57,640 nucleotides of DNA from Nemertoderma westbladi (lineage: Eukaryota > Animalia > Xenacoelomorpha), in the NCBI GenBank assembly GCA_032718475.1, contig JAUCBJ010005654.1:1-57640 (forward strand), read 5' to 3'. Made by a program: the position numbers and the translations under genes. Positions 1 to 12,275 of this stretch are shown here, piece by piece. The notes below the pieces were generated by a model, which did no database searches, had not been told where the DNA came from, and saw only the letters and a program-made list of their open reading frames with translations. How positions within the stretch are numbered: the first letter of the stretch is position 1; each line of letters begins with the position of its first letter.

Positions 1-2403
1 CCTCCTTCCTATGTCAACCAGAATTTTTATTTTCGCTTTAATTCTTTAGCTATAAGCATTAAGTTCGGTATAAACAAAATGTTCTATAATGTGGTGTATT
101 AAATAGAATAATACAACCTCATGACGGTGCATAACCATGTAACTTTTGAACGCTCATATCATGACGAAATTCAGATTGTTTTACATATTTGGAATCCTTG
201 CACAACCAGCTTTCTAACAGTATCATAAATCACTATAAGGTTGAAGAACTGCGATGTAACAATGTCGTCGGAGACACTTTATTTAAACGCTTGTTGCTAA
301 AGAATGAAAGCGAAAATAGTCTAGCTCACCCAGTAGGAGGGAAGTGAAACTATCTCTGTTTCAAATTTCAAGCAATCTCATTAACATTATTATGCAATAA
401 AAAACAAATGTGTTGTATATTTGCCGATAAATTTTCAACTTGACAGCTTTAATTGTAGAACAATTACCGGAGGCTGAATAATAACGACATTATATTCCAG
501 GACATAGTGGGGATGGAAGTATTACTATAATCGAACCTAGGAACATGACCTACTATAGTAGGTCATGTTAGGAAGATGTGTACCAAGTTTGGTTAAATTT
601 AATCAAAGATTAAAGGAGTTATTACGCTAAATATATTTTCATTAAATATAATATTTTCAACGTCTGTAAATTGATAAACTTGCCGCCATGCGAAATATGT
701 GATATAAAATGTGAATTATGTGATTATTTGGCTGTTAGATTCCATGTCCATGGCACATTACGTGTTGCAGACAGAGACTTTCCTGAAATGACGAAAATGC
801 CAGTACGTACAGTCGGTACAGGATGCTAACTGCTGTATACCTGATATCCTTTCATCAGTGAGTCTAACGGTCTAACAAGTCTAACGGTAATGGTTTGTTA
901 AGAGCAAAGGAAGGTAAAAAGGCCATTATCTGGAATAAAATTGTATGTACATGAAAAACTGTTAAGAGTATCTGGAGTGCCCCGTTATCAAACCCCACGG
1001 CCTCCACACTGTCTCGATAGAATCTGAACTTAAATTATTGAATTACTTAAATTTATTATAAAAATTAGTCTCAAATTATGTAACTGTACTTGCTATGCAT
1101 ACTATTTTATTTTGCAGACAAAAAAAGGCGCCTCAATTTATTGTTATTATATTTTATTTATGGGAGCAATATTATGCAGTTTTATATATAATTCGATTTC
1201 ATAAAAACACAAGTTTTTTCCCTTTGAGCCACTGATGTTTAAATAACTCGCTTGGCAACTTCTACATCAATAACTTATTATATTTGTTGAATAATTATTA
1301 TCTACGTTCTTCCAGAGCGATGGACAGTCAAGAAGGAGAAGTGGATCCGACATTCCTAACCTTGAATTGGCGAAGCTATGATGGCTACGCCAGCAACTTC
1401 CCAGTGGAGAATATCAGTCTGCTAAGAGTCGCTGTCGATCCCATACTGTCACTGGACCAGATAATGTGGGCGGTTTGCAAGAAACCCCTGTAGAAGTCAG
1501 GGTAACTAACAATGGGAAATATAAAAAACAACAATACATAACGTTCAGAATATTATCCAATCCAAACATCGTGTGTCTTAAATAAAAGTTGCCCAAAACC
1601 TTTACAGATATATGAATGTCAACCAGTCTGTCAAATTACTGTATGTTTAACAAACATGACTTTAGATAGAGCGATTGTGATGATATTAATTAATAATAAA
1701 ATGTGATACTCTGTCAAATGGTGTATGATTCATGGCCACCTATAATTAGGCAATACTGTATAACATATACATACAGCAGGACTTTATAGTTTATCCTTAA
1801 TTCTCGCTTTTTGTTTACTAACCTTTTTGCTAACATAGGTCGGAAACCATGTTTTGTGGCCAAAATGCATTAATTCGGAAAGTGTTCATGTTATAAGAAC
1901 AATTTTTGTCCAATACGGGTTTTCAAGTATTGTGAATCGATTAGGAAGGGTTTCGAGTTATCAATGTTTTGCGTTGTGCCATTTCTTGGAACGTGCCAAA
2001 ATTAGCATATTTGGGAAATATGATAAACAATGCCAGAATGCCGCAGCTTTTTGTTCTCATGAGTTTCCCAGAGTGCTGATTCGATTGCAAATCCCGCTGT
2101 TCCATAATTGAGCCACTTTAGCATGTGGCACATGTATGCAGCACATGGCATAAAATATCAAAATTTATCCTGCTTGACAGAAATTGACAATTTTCAGTAC
2201 TTTTGGGTTTTCAAGGATACTGATACGATTGAAAATAGTTTAAAATTCTGCTATACTGTTTATACGGTATACTATACTACAGTACAGTAAATCTTTCCAC
2301 TCTGTTTCCCAAATTGCCTTGGTTCCCATTTATCGACCAGTTAAGGATGAAATCCAGGGTTGGGCTAGGCTGCTGCATTTAAAGCACTGTGCCCATACAG
2401 TAC

Positions 2404-2473
2404 TGCCCCATCTAGGGATCGAACCAGGGCCTACTGAGTGGAAGCCCAGGAATGTCACCACCAGACCAAGCTG
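2404..2473 (-). pseudogene. Degenerate tRNA-like sequence (Gly/Glu-like; pseudogene or SINE head)
   Basis: Minus strand reads ttggtctggtgg (A-box-like) ... cttccac ... ggttcgatcc (B-box); stems imperfect. Confidence 0.5.
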
Positions 2474-5400
2474 TTTACCAATCGACAAACCAGTATTATA
2501 ATATCCGTATAATCCAGATATTTCGAGGTCATATATCATATACTCCAAACATGAATTTATTCAAGATTGTGAAATATTATGAGATTATAGTAGCTAGTAA
2601 TCGATTGTACTAAAAAAAACTAAATATTTAAAGCTTGTTGCCCTGCTACGCAAGGTGCAACTGTGATAGAAGTAGCTACTGTAAACTTGTTAATCTTCAC
2701 GTTAGAGTCAGGGGGGGGGGGGGGGGGCTGAACGCAAAACCCGTCTTGGCGAATTAATATCCTGCCTCAATGTTAAATTCTCAATTTAGGGAAAGGAGCA
2801 GGTTACAGTGGCACGTTATTTTAACCAAAACAATAAACTAAACATTATATAACAGGTTACAGTTTTATTTTTGAGAGTAATCAGCTGTTATTTGCGTCGA
2901 ATTTCTCCTGGAGAGGGATCAATTTTTATTGCGTCCAGTTTCCCCCCCGATCTGTCACGTTTGTGTGCTGATTTTGGAGAGAATAAGCCTACCGTAACGG
3001 ATTTCAATTTCACTCCATAATGATTTCCTTAATGTCATTTTCTTTTCAATCTAGGTAGATTTGCCCAATAATCAAGTAGTACAAAGATTTCGTAAAGAAT
3101 GCGAGATGAAAATCATTAAACAAAAGAAATTGAGATGCATTACTGTATGCCAAAATAAAGAATTTTCAAAAATTATTGTTGCTTTATCCCTTTTAACCAA
3201 AACAATAAACGATAGTCAATAGCACAGTTTAAAGTTTAATTATTCTTTGCATATGGATTCGATATTCGAAGTATGGCGCCTTTTTTAATAGGAGATCAAT
3301 GTGTGAATTGTTGTATCGATATGTAAAAAAAAGGTATTGTGTTCTAAAGGTGTTGATATTTTCCTCTAAGGACATTACTTACAGTAACTTTACTTTTAAT
3401 TACAACACTATTATAGAGACGTCAACATGGTTGGGTACCTACTCACGACATAGTCATCACATTTCCCCCAGTAGGTGCTGAGTGGACCCTAATTGGTAAA
3501 CCCAACATATGAACCTACTGAACAGTAGATTCCTCTCCCTCCTTCCTATGTCAACCAGAATTTTTATTTTCGCTTTAATTCTTTAGCTATAAGCATTAAG
3601 TTCGGTATAAACAAAATGTTCTATAATGTGGTGTATTAAATAGAATAATACAACCTCATGACGGTGCATAACCATGTAACTTTTGAACGCTCATATCATG
3701 ACGAAATTCAGATTGTTTTACATATTTGGAATCCTTGCACAACCAGCTTTCTAACAGTATCATAAATCACTATAAGGTTGAAGAACTGCGATGTAACAAT
3801 GTCGTCGGAGACACTTTATTTAAACGCTTGTTGCTAAAGAATGAAAGCGAAAATAGTCTAGCTCACCCAGTAGGAGGGAAGTGAAACTATCTCTGTTTCA
3901 AATTTCAAGCAATCTCATTAACATTATTATGCAATAAAAAACAAATGTGTTGTATATTTGCCGATAAATTTTCAACTTGACAGCTTTAATTGTAGAACAA
4001 TTACCGGAGGCTGAATAATAACGACATTATATTCCAGGACATAGTGGGGATGGAAGTATTACTATAATCGAACCTAGGAACATGACCTACTATAGTAGGT
4101 CATGTTAGGAAGATGTGTACCAAGTTTGGTTAAATTTAATCAAAGATTAAAGGAGTTATTACGCTAAATATATTTTCATTAAATATAATATTTTCAACGT
4201 CTGTAAATTGATAAACTTGCCGCCATGCGAAATATGTGATATAAAATGTGAATTATGTGATTATTTGGCTGTTAGATTCCATGTCCATGGCACATTACGT
4301 GTTGCAGACAGAGACTTTCCTGAAATGACGAAAATGCCAGTACGTACAGTCGGTACAGGATGCTAACTGCTGTATACCTGATATCCTTTCATCAGTGAGT
4401 CTAACGGTCTAACAAGTCTAACGGTAATGGTTTGTTAAGAGCAAAGGAAGGTAAAAAGGCCATTATCTGGAATAAAATTGTATGTACATGAAAAACTGTT
4501 AAGAGTATCTGGAGTGCCCCGTTATCAAACCCCACGGCCTCCACACTGTCTCGATAGAATCTGAACTTAAATTATTGAATTACTTAAATTTATTATAAAA
4601 ATTAGTCTCAAATTATGTAACTGTACTTGCTATGCATACTATTTTATTTTGCAGACAAAAAAAGGCGCCTCAATTTATTGTTATTATATTTTATTTATGG
4701 GAGCAATATTATGCAGTTTTATATATAATTCGATTTCATAAAAACACAAGTTTTTTCCCTTTGAGCCACTGATGTTTAAATAACTCGCTTGGCAACTTCT
4801 ACATCAATAACTTATTATATTTGTTGAATAATTATTATCTACGTTCTTCCAGAGCGATGGACAGTCAAGAAGGAGAAGTGGATCCGACATTCCTAACCTT
4901 GAATTGGCGAAGCTATGATGGCTACGCCAGCAACTTCCCAGTGGAGAATATCAGTCTGCTAAGAGTCGCTGTCGATCCCATACTGTCACTGGACCAGATA
5001 ATGTGGGCGGTTTGCAAGAAACCCCTGTAGAAGTCAGGGTAACTAACAATGGGAAATATAAAAAACAACAATACATAACGTTCAGAATATTATCCAATCC
5101 AAACATCGTGTGTCTTAAATAAAAGTTGCCCAAAACCTTTACAGATATATGAATGTCAACCAGTCTGTCAAATTACTGTATGTTTAACAAACATGACTTT
5201 AGATAGAGCGATTGTGATGATATTAATTAATAATAAAATGTGATACTCTGTCAAATGGTGTATGATTCATGGCCACCTATAATTAGGCAATACTGTATAA
5301 CATATACATACAGCAGGACTTTATAGTTTATCCTTAATTCTCGCTTTTTGTTTACTAACCTTTTTGCTAACATAGGTCGGAAACCATGTTTTGTGGCCAA

Positions 5401-5940
5401 AATGCATTAATTCGGAAAGTGTTCATGTTATAAGAACAATTTTTGTCCAATACGGGTTTTCAAGTATTGTGAATCGATTAGGAAGGGTTTCGAGTTATCA
5501 ATGTTTTGCGTTGTGCCATTTCTTGGAACGTGCCAAAATTAGCATATTTGGGAAATATGATAAACAATGCCAGAATGCCGCAGCTTTTTGTTCTCATGAG
5601 TTTCCCAGAGTGCTGATTCGATTGCAAATCCCGCTGTTCCATAATTGAGCCACTTTAGCATGTGGCACATGTATGCAGCACATGGCATAAAATATCAAAA
5701 TTTATCCTGCTTGACAGAAATTGACAATTTTCAGTACTTTTGGGTTTTCAAGGATACTGATACGATTGAAAATAGTTTAAAATTCTGCTATACTGTTTAT
5801 ACGGTATACTATACTACAGTACAGTAAATCTTTCCACTCTGTTTCCCAAATTGCCTTGGTTCCCATTTATCGACCAGTTAAGGATGAAATCCAGGGTTGG
5901 GCTAGGCTGCTGCATTTAAAGCACTGTGCCCATACAGTAC

Positions 5941-6010
5941 TGCCCCATCTAGGGATCGAACCAGGGCCTACTGAGTGGAAGCCCAGGAATGTCACCACCA
6001 GACCAAGCTG
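5941..6010 (-). pseudogene. Second copy of the tRNA-like sequence (in duplicated unit)
   Basis: Identical to 2404-2473. Confidence 0.5.
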
Positions 6011-7107
6011 TTTACCAATCGACAAACCAGTATTATAATATCCGTATAATCCAGATATTTCGAGGTCATATATCATATACTCCAAACATGAATTTATTCA
6101 AGATTGTGAAATATTATGAGATTATAGTAGCTAGTAATCGATTGTACTAAAAAAAACTAAATATTTAAAGCTTGTTGCCCTGCTACGCAAGGTGCAACTG
6201 TGATAGAAGTAGCTACTGTAAACTTGTTAATCTTCACGTTAGAGTCAGGGGGGGGGGGGGGGGCTGAACGCAAAACCCGTCTTGGCGAATTAATATCCTG
6301 CCTCAATGTTAAATTCTCAATTTAGGGAAAGGAGCAGGTTACAGTGGCACGTTATTTTAACCAAAACAATAAACTAAACATTATATAACAGGTTACAGTT
6401 TTATTTTTGAGAGTAATCAGCTGTTATTTGCGTCGAATTTCTCCTGGAGAGGGATCAATTTTTATTGCGTCCAGTTTCCCCCCCGATCTGTCACGTTTGT
6501 GTGCTGATTTTGGAGAGAATAAGCCTACCGTAACGGATTTCAATTTCACTCCATAATGATTTCCTTAATGTCATTTTCTTTTCAATCTAGGTAGATTTGC
6601 CCAATAATCAAGTAGTACAAAGATTTCGTAAAGAATGCGAGATGAAAATCATTAAACAAAAGAAATTGAGATGCATTACTGTATGCCAAAATAAAGAATT
6701 TTCAAAAATTATTGTTGCTTTATCCCTTTTAACCAAAACAATAAACGATAGTCAATAGCACAGTTTAAAGTTTAATTATTCTTTGCATATGGATTCGATA
6801 TTCGAAGTATGGCGCCTTTTTTAATAGGAGATCAATGTGTGAATTGTTGTATCGATATGTAAAAAAAAGGTATTGTGTTCTAAAGGTGTTGATATTTTCC
6901 TCTAAGGACATTACTTACAGTAACTTTACTTTTAATTACAACACTATTATAGAGACGTCAACATGGTTGGGTACCTACTCACGACATAGTCATCACATTT
7001 CCCCCAGTAGGTGCTGAGTGGACCCTAATTGGTAAACCCAACATATACCCAATTGGTAGCTGCGCCAATTGCGTGAATTGGTAGCATAGCCCAACACTAA
7101 CCAGCTA

Positions 7108-7481
7108 CTCTGGAGTCCCGAATAGACGGGGCGACACCCCTAGGTATCAATTTTTGAAAAATAAATCCATCCACAATACTCTTATCCAGTTCCAGACACA
7201 CCGACTATTAATTTTTTATAAAAAATTTAGTACATTTTTTATTATGAGTAAATAAATGTTTGTTCTTATAATAATTGAGAGCTGAAAGTGAAAGAAAACA
7301 AAAACCGTGTACCGAGTATACCACCGGTAGCCGTAGGTACTACAACTGTACCTGTACGCCTATACTGTATGTTAAGTAGTTTTTTTTTCAAAATTTTACA
7401 CCCACCACGTTTATTCCAGCCACCCCGACTATTAGCATAATGCAATTTTTCCTCCCACCCCGTCTATTCGGGACTCCAGAG
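7108..7481. mobile_element. MITE, Tc1/mariner-type non-autonomous DNA transposon
   Basis: 24-bp perfect TIRs ctctggagtcccgaatagacgggg / ccccgtctattcgggactccagag, flanked by TA on both sides; no ORF. Confidence 0.88.
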
Positions 7482-8155
7482 TAGCTACAGTAGTTTCAAA
7501 CTTAATGCTAAAATTTTAGCCCGGTGAAAAGGGCGACACATTGGAAAAAATTTAAAAAAGTAAAAGTGCTACAAAACAAATTAAAAAAATGAAACCTACG
7601 TCTTGAAGCATACTACGCTAATCAGAGTATATATGTATATAGCGAAGGGTTGTAACAACCCTTCGTAGCAAAGAAATAAAAAAATAATTTCAATTGATAT
7701 TTCACAAAAATATAGGTGAGATTGTTAAGATTATACGTAAACAAACAATGCATTGTTTAGGTTTTCAATGTTGTTTAGAATATAAATTGACTCTCAATCC
7801 GTTACCGTTAAAGGGAAAACCGCATCAGGTGACATGTTTTTAATTGCGTTCAATTAGTAAATTTAAAAAATGAAATACTTTTATATTTATATTTAATAAA
7901 GTAGATATCGGTAGTAATATAACATTTTTGAATTTAAATAAAATATGAAATGATTACATTAAAAGGAATTATTTATTAATATTGGCATTAAAAGGAATAC
8001 CGTAATAATAATAAAAAATATATATTGGAATTTTGTATCGTATTTCGGATATGGTATTGTATGGAATCAATATGTTTCCCTTTTTATAATTAAAACAGTC
8101 TATAACAATTTGTTATGGGATGATGTTCAGACAAAATAGTTCCAAGTTGCCTGAG

Positions 8156-8747
8156 TACTACTACTAGGATCGGCATGCTGCATTGCAGCTGCATTTTCAA
8201 TAATGCTGTGTCGGCTTGTCGACAAAATTGCACCGCCACAACTCCCTATCACCCATGACATTTGCTAGATCATCCGCATCTTCAAGGCCAGTGTCCTTTA
8301 AGATGCGTCTCAAGAAAGTCATGGGCTGTCCACCACGCTTATTCACTCAATGAGGCTGCCAAAGCACTAGATTATGCACAGGCTGGTCCTCACGGCGAAA
8401 GTAATGTCCTGCAAAGCGGAGGCGGCTTTGTTCTAGTGGCAAACTTGGGGTAACCAATGAGACACCTCCAATGTTATATAGTGTCTGGTTGGAGATGTGT
8501 GCATTGTACTTGACAGTGAACCCGGCGAAGCATTCTTGTGAATGTGACATCCAGAGATTTGGTGTCCTCAGCAGTTAGAGCCCAGCATGGACTCCCATAG
8601 AGGAGTACTGGAACTACTGCTGCTCTAAATAATCGGACCTTAATTTTCCGATTAATTCTCGGTGACTTCCGAATCCTGGAAAGCCTATTCAAGGCTGCCC
8701 AGTGCCCATGCCTTTCCCTTACGTATTCGAAGGTCCTCACCTGACTT
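8156..8747 (-). mobile_element. 5'-truncated, frameshifted RTE-clade LINE 3' fragment
   Basis: Broken ORFs KVRLFRAAVVPVLLYGS..W..T and RLRFAGH (RTE ORF C-terminus); (TAG)n tail; same family as the copy ending at 44730. Confidence 0.88.
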
Positions 8748-9877
8748 TGCCGGAGTGGACAGTTGATGTAGGTTTTCTATTGTTAGAATTAAAAACAATT
8801 GAATTAATTTGTTAATTTGTTTCAATGTTAAAAAAAAATTTTTTATTAGAAATTGAAATATGCTAACTAAATAATTTTCTAAACTGATATTTCTGATTCA
8901 GTGGAGTAAAAGCTATATAATTATTGAGCATAAAACACTATACGAAAAAATACGTAACATTTTCGTATCGTATCATATTTTTCCAAGATCACATTCGTAT
9001 TCTATCGCATCCTGTCCCTGCTTTAAATAAATAAAAATGAAACTTTAAGAATACAGCATTGTCCCTCCATTAAGTCCATCATGAAATCCACCAACAAGAG
9101 TTAACAGATGTTAAAATGATAAATATAAATTTTAACTTAAATGGATTGTTTACATTTGCCTGTTCTGTTATACAAGTAAAGTTCAGTTGGAGTAGAAGTA
9201 ATCAGTTGCTATTGGCATCGATTTTCTCTAGAGCGGGTTAAATTTCTATTGCGTCAATAGCCCCCCTTCCCCCTGTTCTACTACGCCAATGTACCACGAC
9301 CAGACCACGCCAATAATAGACCCCCCCCCCCCCCCCATCGCAATACTGCCACCCAATAAGCCACAACCAACAGGCCTTTGTTAGTTATTAACTTATTACT
9401 TAATATATTTAAGTTAAAAATGTATAATGTTAACCGGCCAGACAGTTGGAAATCTAGAGACGGAAAATATTATAGGCCTACATTTACAGGTAAAACCCGT
9501 GAATTGTGTAAATGATAGTCTGAAATAACATATATATTTTTATAAATAGAACATATTTATTTCAGGCCTTCCATTGCCAGTTTGTGGCCACCCCTATCGG
9601 TCCACCGGTAGCTGCAACATTAAATTTCATTCATGTGAATAGTATTTAAAAATCAATATCACGACGGATCCAGACAAATGCAATTCTGCAATTTCCCCAC
9701 AAGGTTCAGAACACAGACTATCGATTAAAGAAAATTGAATGACAAAATGATGTAGCTAAACATATTTTCAAAATTATAATAGACACCTATATATTATGCC
9801 TAAAATACCGCAATAATTGGCACCCCGAATACATCTAGTCTGTCCAACACTTCAATATCCTCACACAGTACCGAGAT

Positions 9878-10294
<417 letters not shown>

Positions 10295-10660
10295 CTATAC
10301 TGCTATACCGGTATATGGTATAGGCCAAATATAATTAACAAATGCTGAAATGACAACAATGGTCATGGGTCAATGGGCTGATGTGGAGGAATTAGGCCTA
10401 CTGCTGTACTGAATGAGCCCTAACTGGAACTGATAACTGCAGGAACTGCCTAACCTGGGTTGGCAAGTTAGGTTTTTTTTTACTTATTTAGGCTAGTTCA
10501 GTAGACTGCTAGAGCCCTATCCTACTGCCCTACCGTTACTGCGTTATGCTGGGTAGCCTAACTCTGTAACTGTATTCAGGATTTAGTAGGCATACTTACT
10601 GTACAGTGTTGTGATACCGTAATACAGTAATAGGCCTAGCAGTTCTGCAGTGCACAGGTG

Positions 10661-11146
10661 TATGGCATACATTTGGTGTTTTTATTCGTTAATATTTATT
10701 TTCACCTCAAAAAAGCAATTTTTTACACATAATAAATGATTTTTTACATGTAATAAATGATTTTTTACGTGTAAAAAAATATTTTTTTACGTGTAAATAA
10801 ACGATTTTTTTATGTGTAATAAATTGTTTTTTTACGCGTAATAAATTATTTTTTTACGCGTAATAAATTATTTATTTACGCGTAATAAATGATTTTTTTA
10901 CGCGTAATAAATTATTTTTTTACGCGTAATAAATGATTTTTTACACGTAATAAATGCTTTCTTTACGCGTAATAAATGATTTTTTTACGCGTAATAAATG
11001 ATTTTTTTACGCGTAATAAATGTTTTTTTTACGCGTAATACATGATTTTTTTACGTGTAATAAATGATTTTTTTACGCGTAATAAATGATTTTTTACGCG
11101 TAATAAATTATTTTTTCACGCGTAATAAATGATTTTTTTACGCGTA
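10661..11146 (+). repeat. Left TIR with subterminal array of 21-22-bp repeats (tttttttACGCGTaataaatga)
   Basis: Roughly 20 units; reverse complement of the array at 30421-30717. Confidence 0.92.
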
Positions 11147-11535
11147 GACCTATTTGCGTTACATGTTACATATTTAAATCAAATCAATTTATAGCACTTC
11201 AGGAGTTCGCTGATGCATGGAATAGACACGGTCTCAGAACGGAAAGGTACTGGTCGCCACAAAAAATGTTTGTTAATAGTATTCTATCATTAACTGGTGC
11301 ACAAATTGATGAAGATATTGTAAATATTGACAGCTATGGTATCGATTGGGAAGGGCCCTATGCCGAGGATAATGAGAGTGTCGTCGAGGTCAATGACTTA
11401 GCTTGTCCATTAAGTGCAGTTCACGAGCAAGAATTATTGAACAAAGTAACTGAATATTGGCAAAGTGCGAACAATGATTACGGTATTAAATGTTTTCTGT
11501 ATTGTAAATACTTTGTGACCAGTCACACGTCTTAG
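11147..11535 (+). pseudogene. C-terminal remnant of an integrase-core (IS3/IS481-related) transposase
   Basis: DLFALHVTYLNQINL [extra TA, frameshift] ALQEFADAWNRHGLRTERYWSPQKMF..YGIDWEGP..CPL..YGI, a motif set I recognise from the C-terminal part of this transposase family; abuts the TIR repeats, so the N-terminal DDE part is deleted. Confidence 0.8.
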
Positions 11536-11934
11536 TACTTGGTCAAACGTACAGTAGTTATTTACTCTTAACTACTGTATTTACTAATTTGTCTGTTATG
11601 TCGGTTGTTTCTATAAAATGTAGTTGATATCGCTGATAATACTAATTGTTTATTTAAAATTAATGAAATATTTGGTTTTCAAATGAAATACATTTTCAAA
11701 AGTACTTAGGGGGGAGTGGGGTACTGGGTTCCATATCTTGTGTTGAAATTTCAAATGTTTGTTTTTCAATTTTGTTTTTCATTTATTTTATTAAGAATTT
11801 ATTTATTAATACACTTTATCTCTTCTCTACCTTTCACAGCAGTATGCATTTAATATGTTGACATCGAACTCAGTACCACCCCCCCCCCCCCCCCCCCCAC
11901 TCCACACCTTAAATGAGAATGAACTAGAACAAGC

Positions 11935-12088
11935 ATTAGTTTATGGTTTACACAAATTAGTTTATGGTTTACACAAATTAGTTTATCTTTATGGTTTACA
12001 CAAATTAGTTTATGGTTTACACAAATTAGTTTATGGTTTACACAAATTAGTTTAAGGTTTACACAAATTAGTTTATGGTTTACACAAA
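11935..12088. repeat. 21-bp tandem repeat (attagtttatggtttacacaa, ~7 copies) between the convergent 3' ends
   Basis: Directly visible; ends just beyond the HECT stop codon at 12091-12093. Confidence 0.95.
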
Positions 12089-12090
12089 TG

Positions 12091-12271
12091 TTAACACCGG
12101 CCGTATGCAAGACCTGATTCATAGTAAGACTGAACCAACTGCGCCGTCATCTCAGCTTCTGAATTGATGTGCACTGGGAGGGTTAGTTGAAATGCACAGG
12201 TAGAGTATGTAAGGCGACATTTACAGTTTCCAAGACATTCCTTAAATACAACACTTAGTTTCACTTTTATA
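12091..12271 (-). pseudogene. HECT E3 ligase gene, segment 3 (C-lobe with catalytic Cys and stop)
   Basis: IKVKLSVVF..RLTYSTCAFQLTLPVHINSEAEMTAQLVQSYYESGLAYGRC*; matches the HECT xTCxxxLxLP..G[FY]G C-terminus; Cys codon at 12196-12198. Confidence 0.85.
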
Positions 12272-12275
12272 GTTG

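Larger units (their letters stand above)
1..7046. repeat. Near-identical tandem duplication of a ~3537-bp unit (copy A runs off the window start to 3510; copy B 3511-7046)
   Basis: Sequence at 1 recurs at 3538; ORFs pair at offset 3537 (1284/4821), then 3536 after a poly-G of 17 vs 16 G; identity stops after cccaacatat at 3510/7046. Confidence 0.97.

Noticed and set aside
2404-2473. Functional tRNA gene
   Set aside because: Acceptor stem and anticodon arm do not pair properly; kept only as a relic.
11850-12122. ICVNHKL and VYGLHKL repeat ORFs
   Set aside because: Translations of the 21-bp repeat and poly-C tract.
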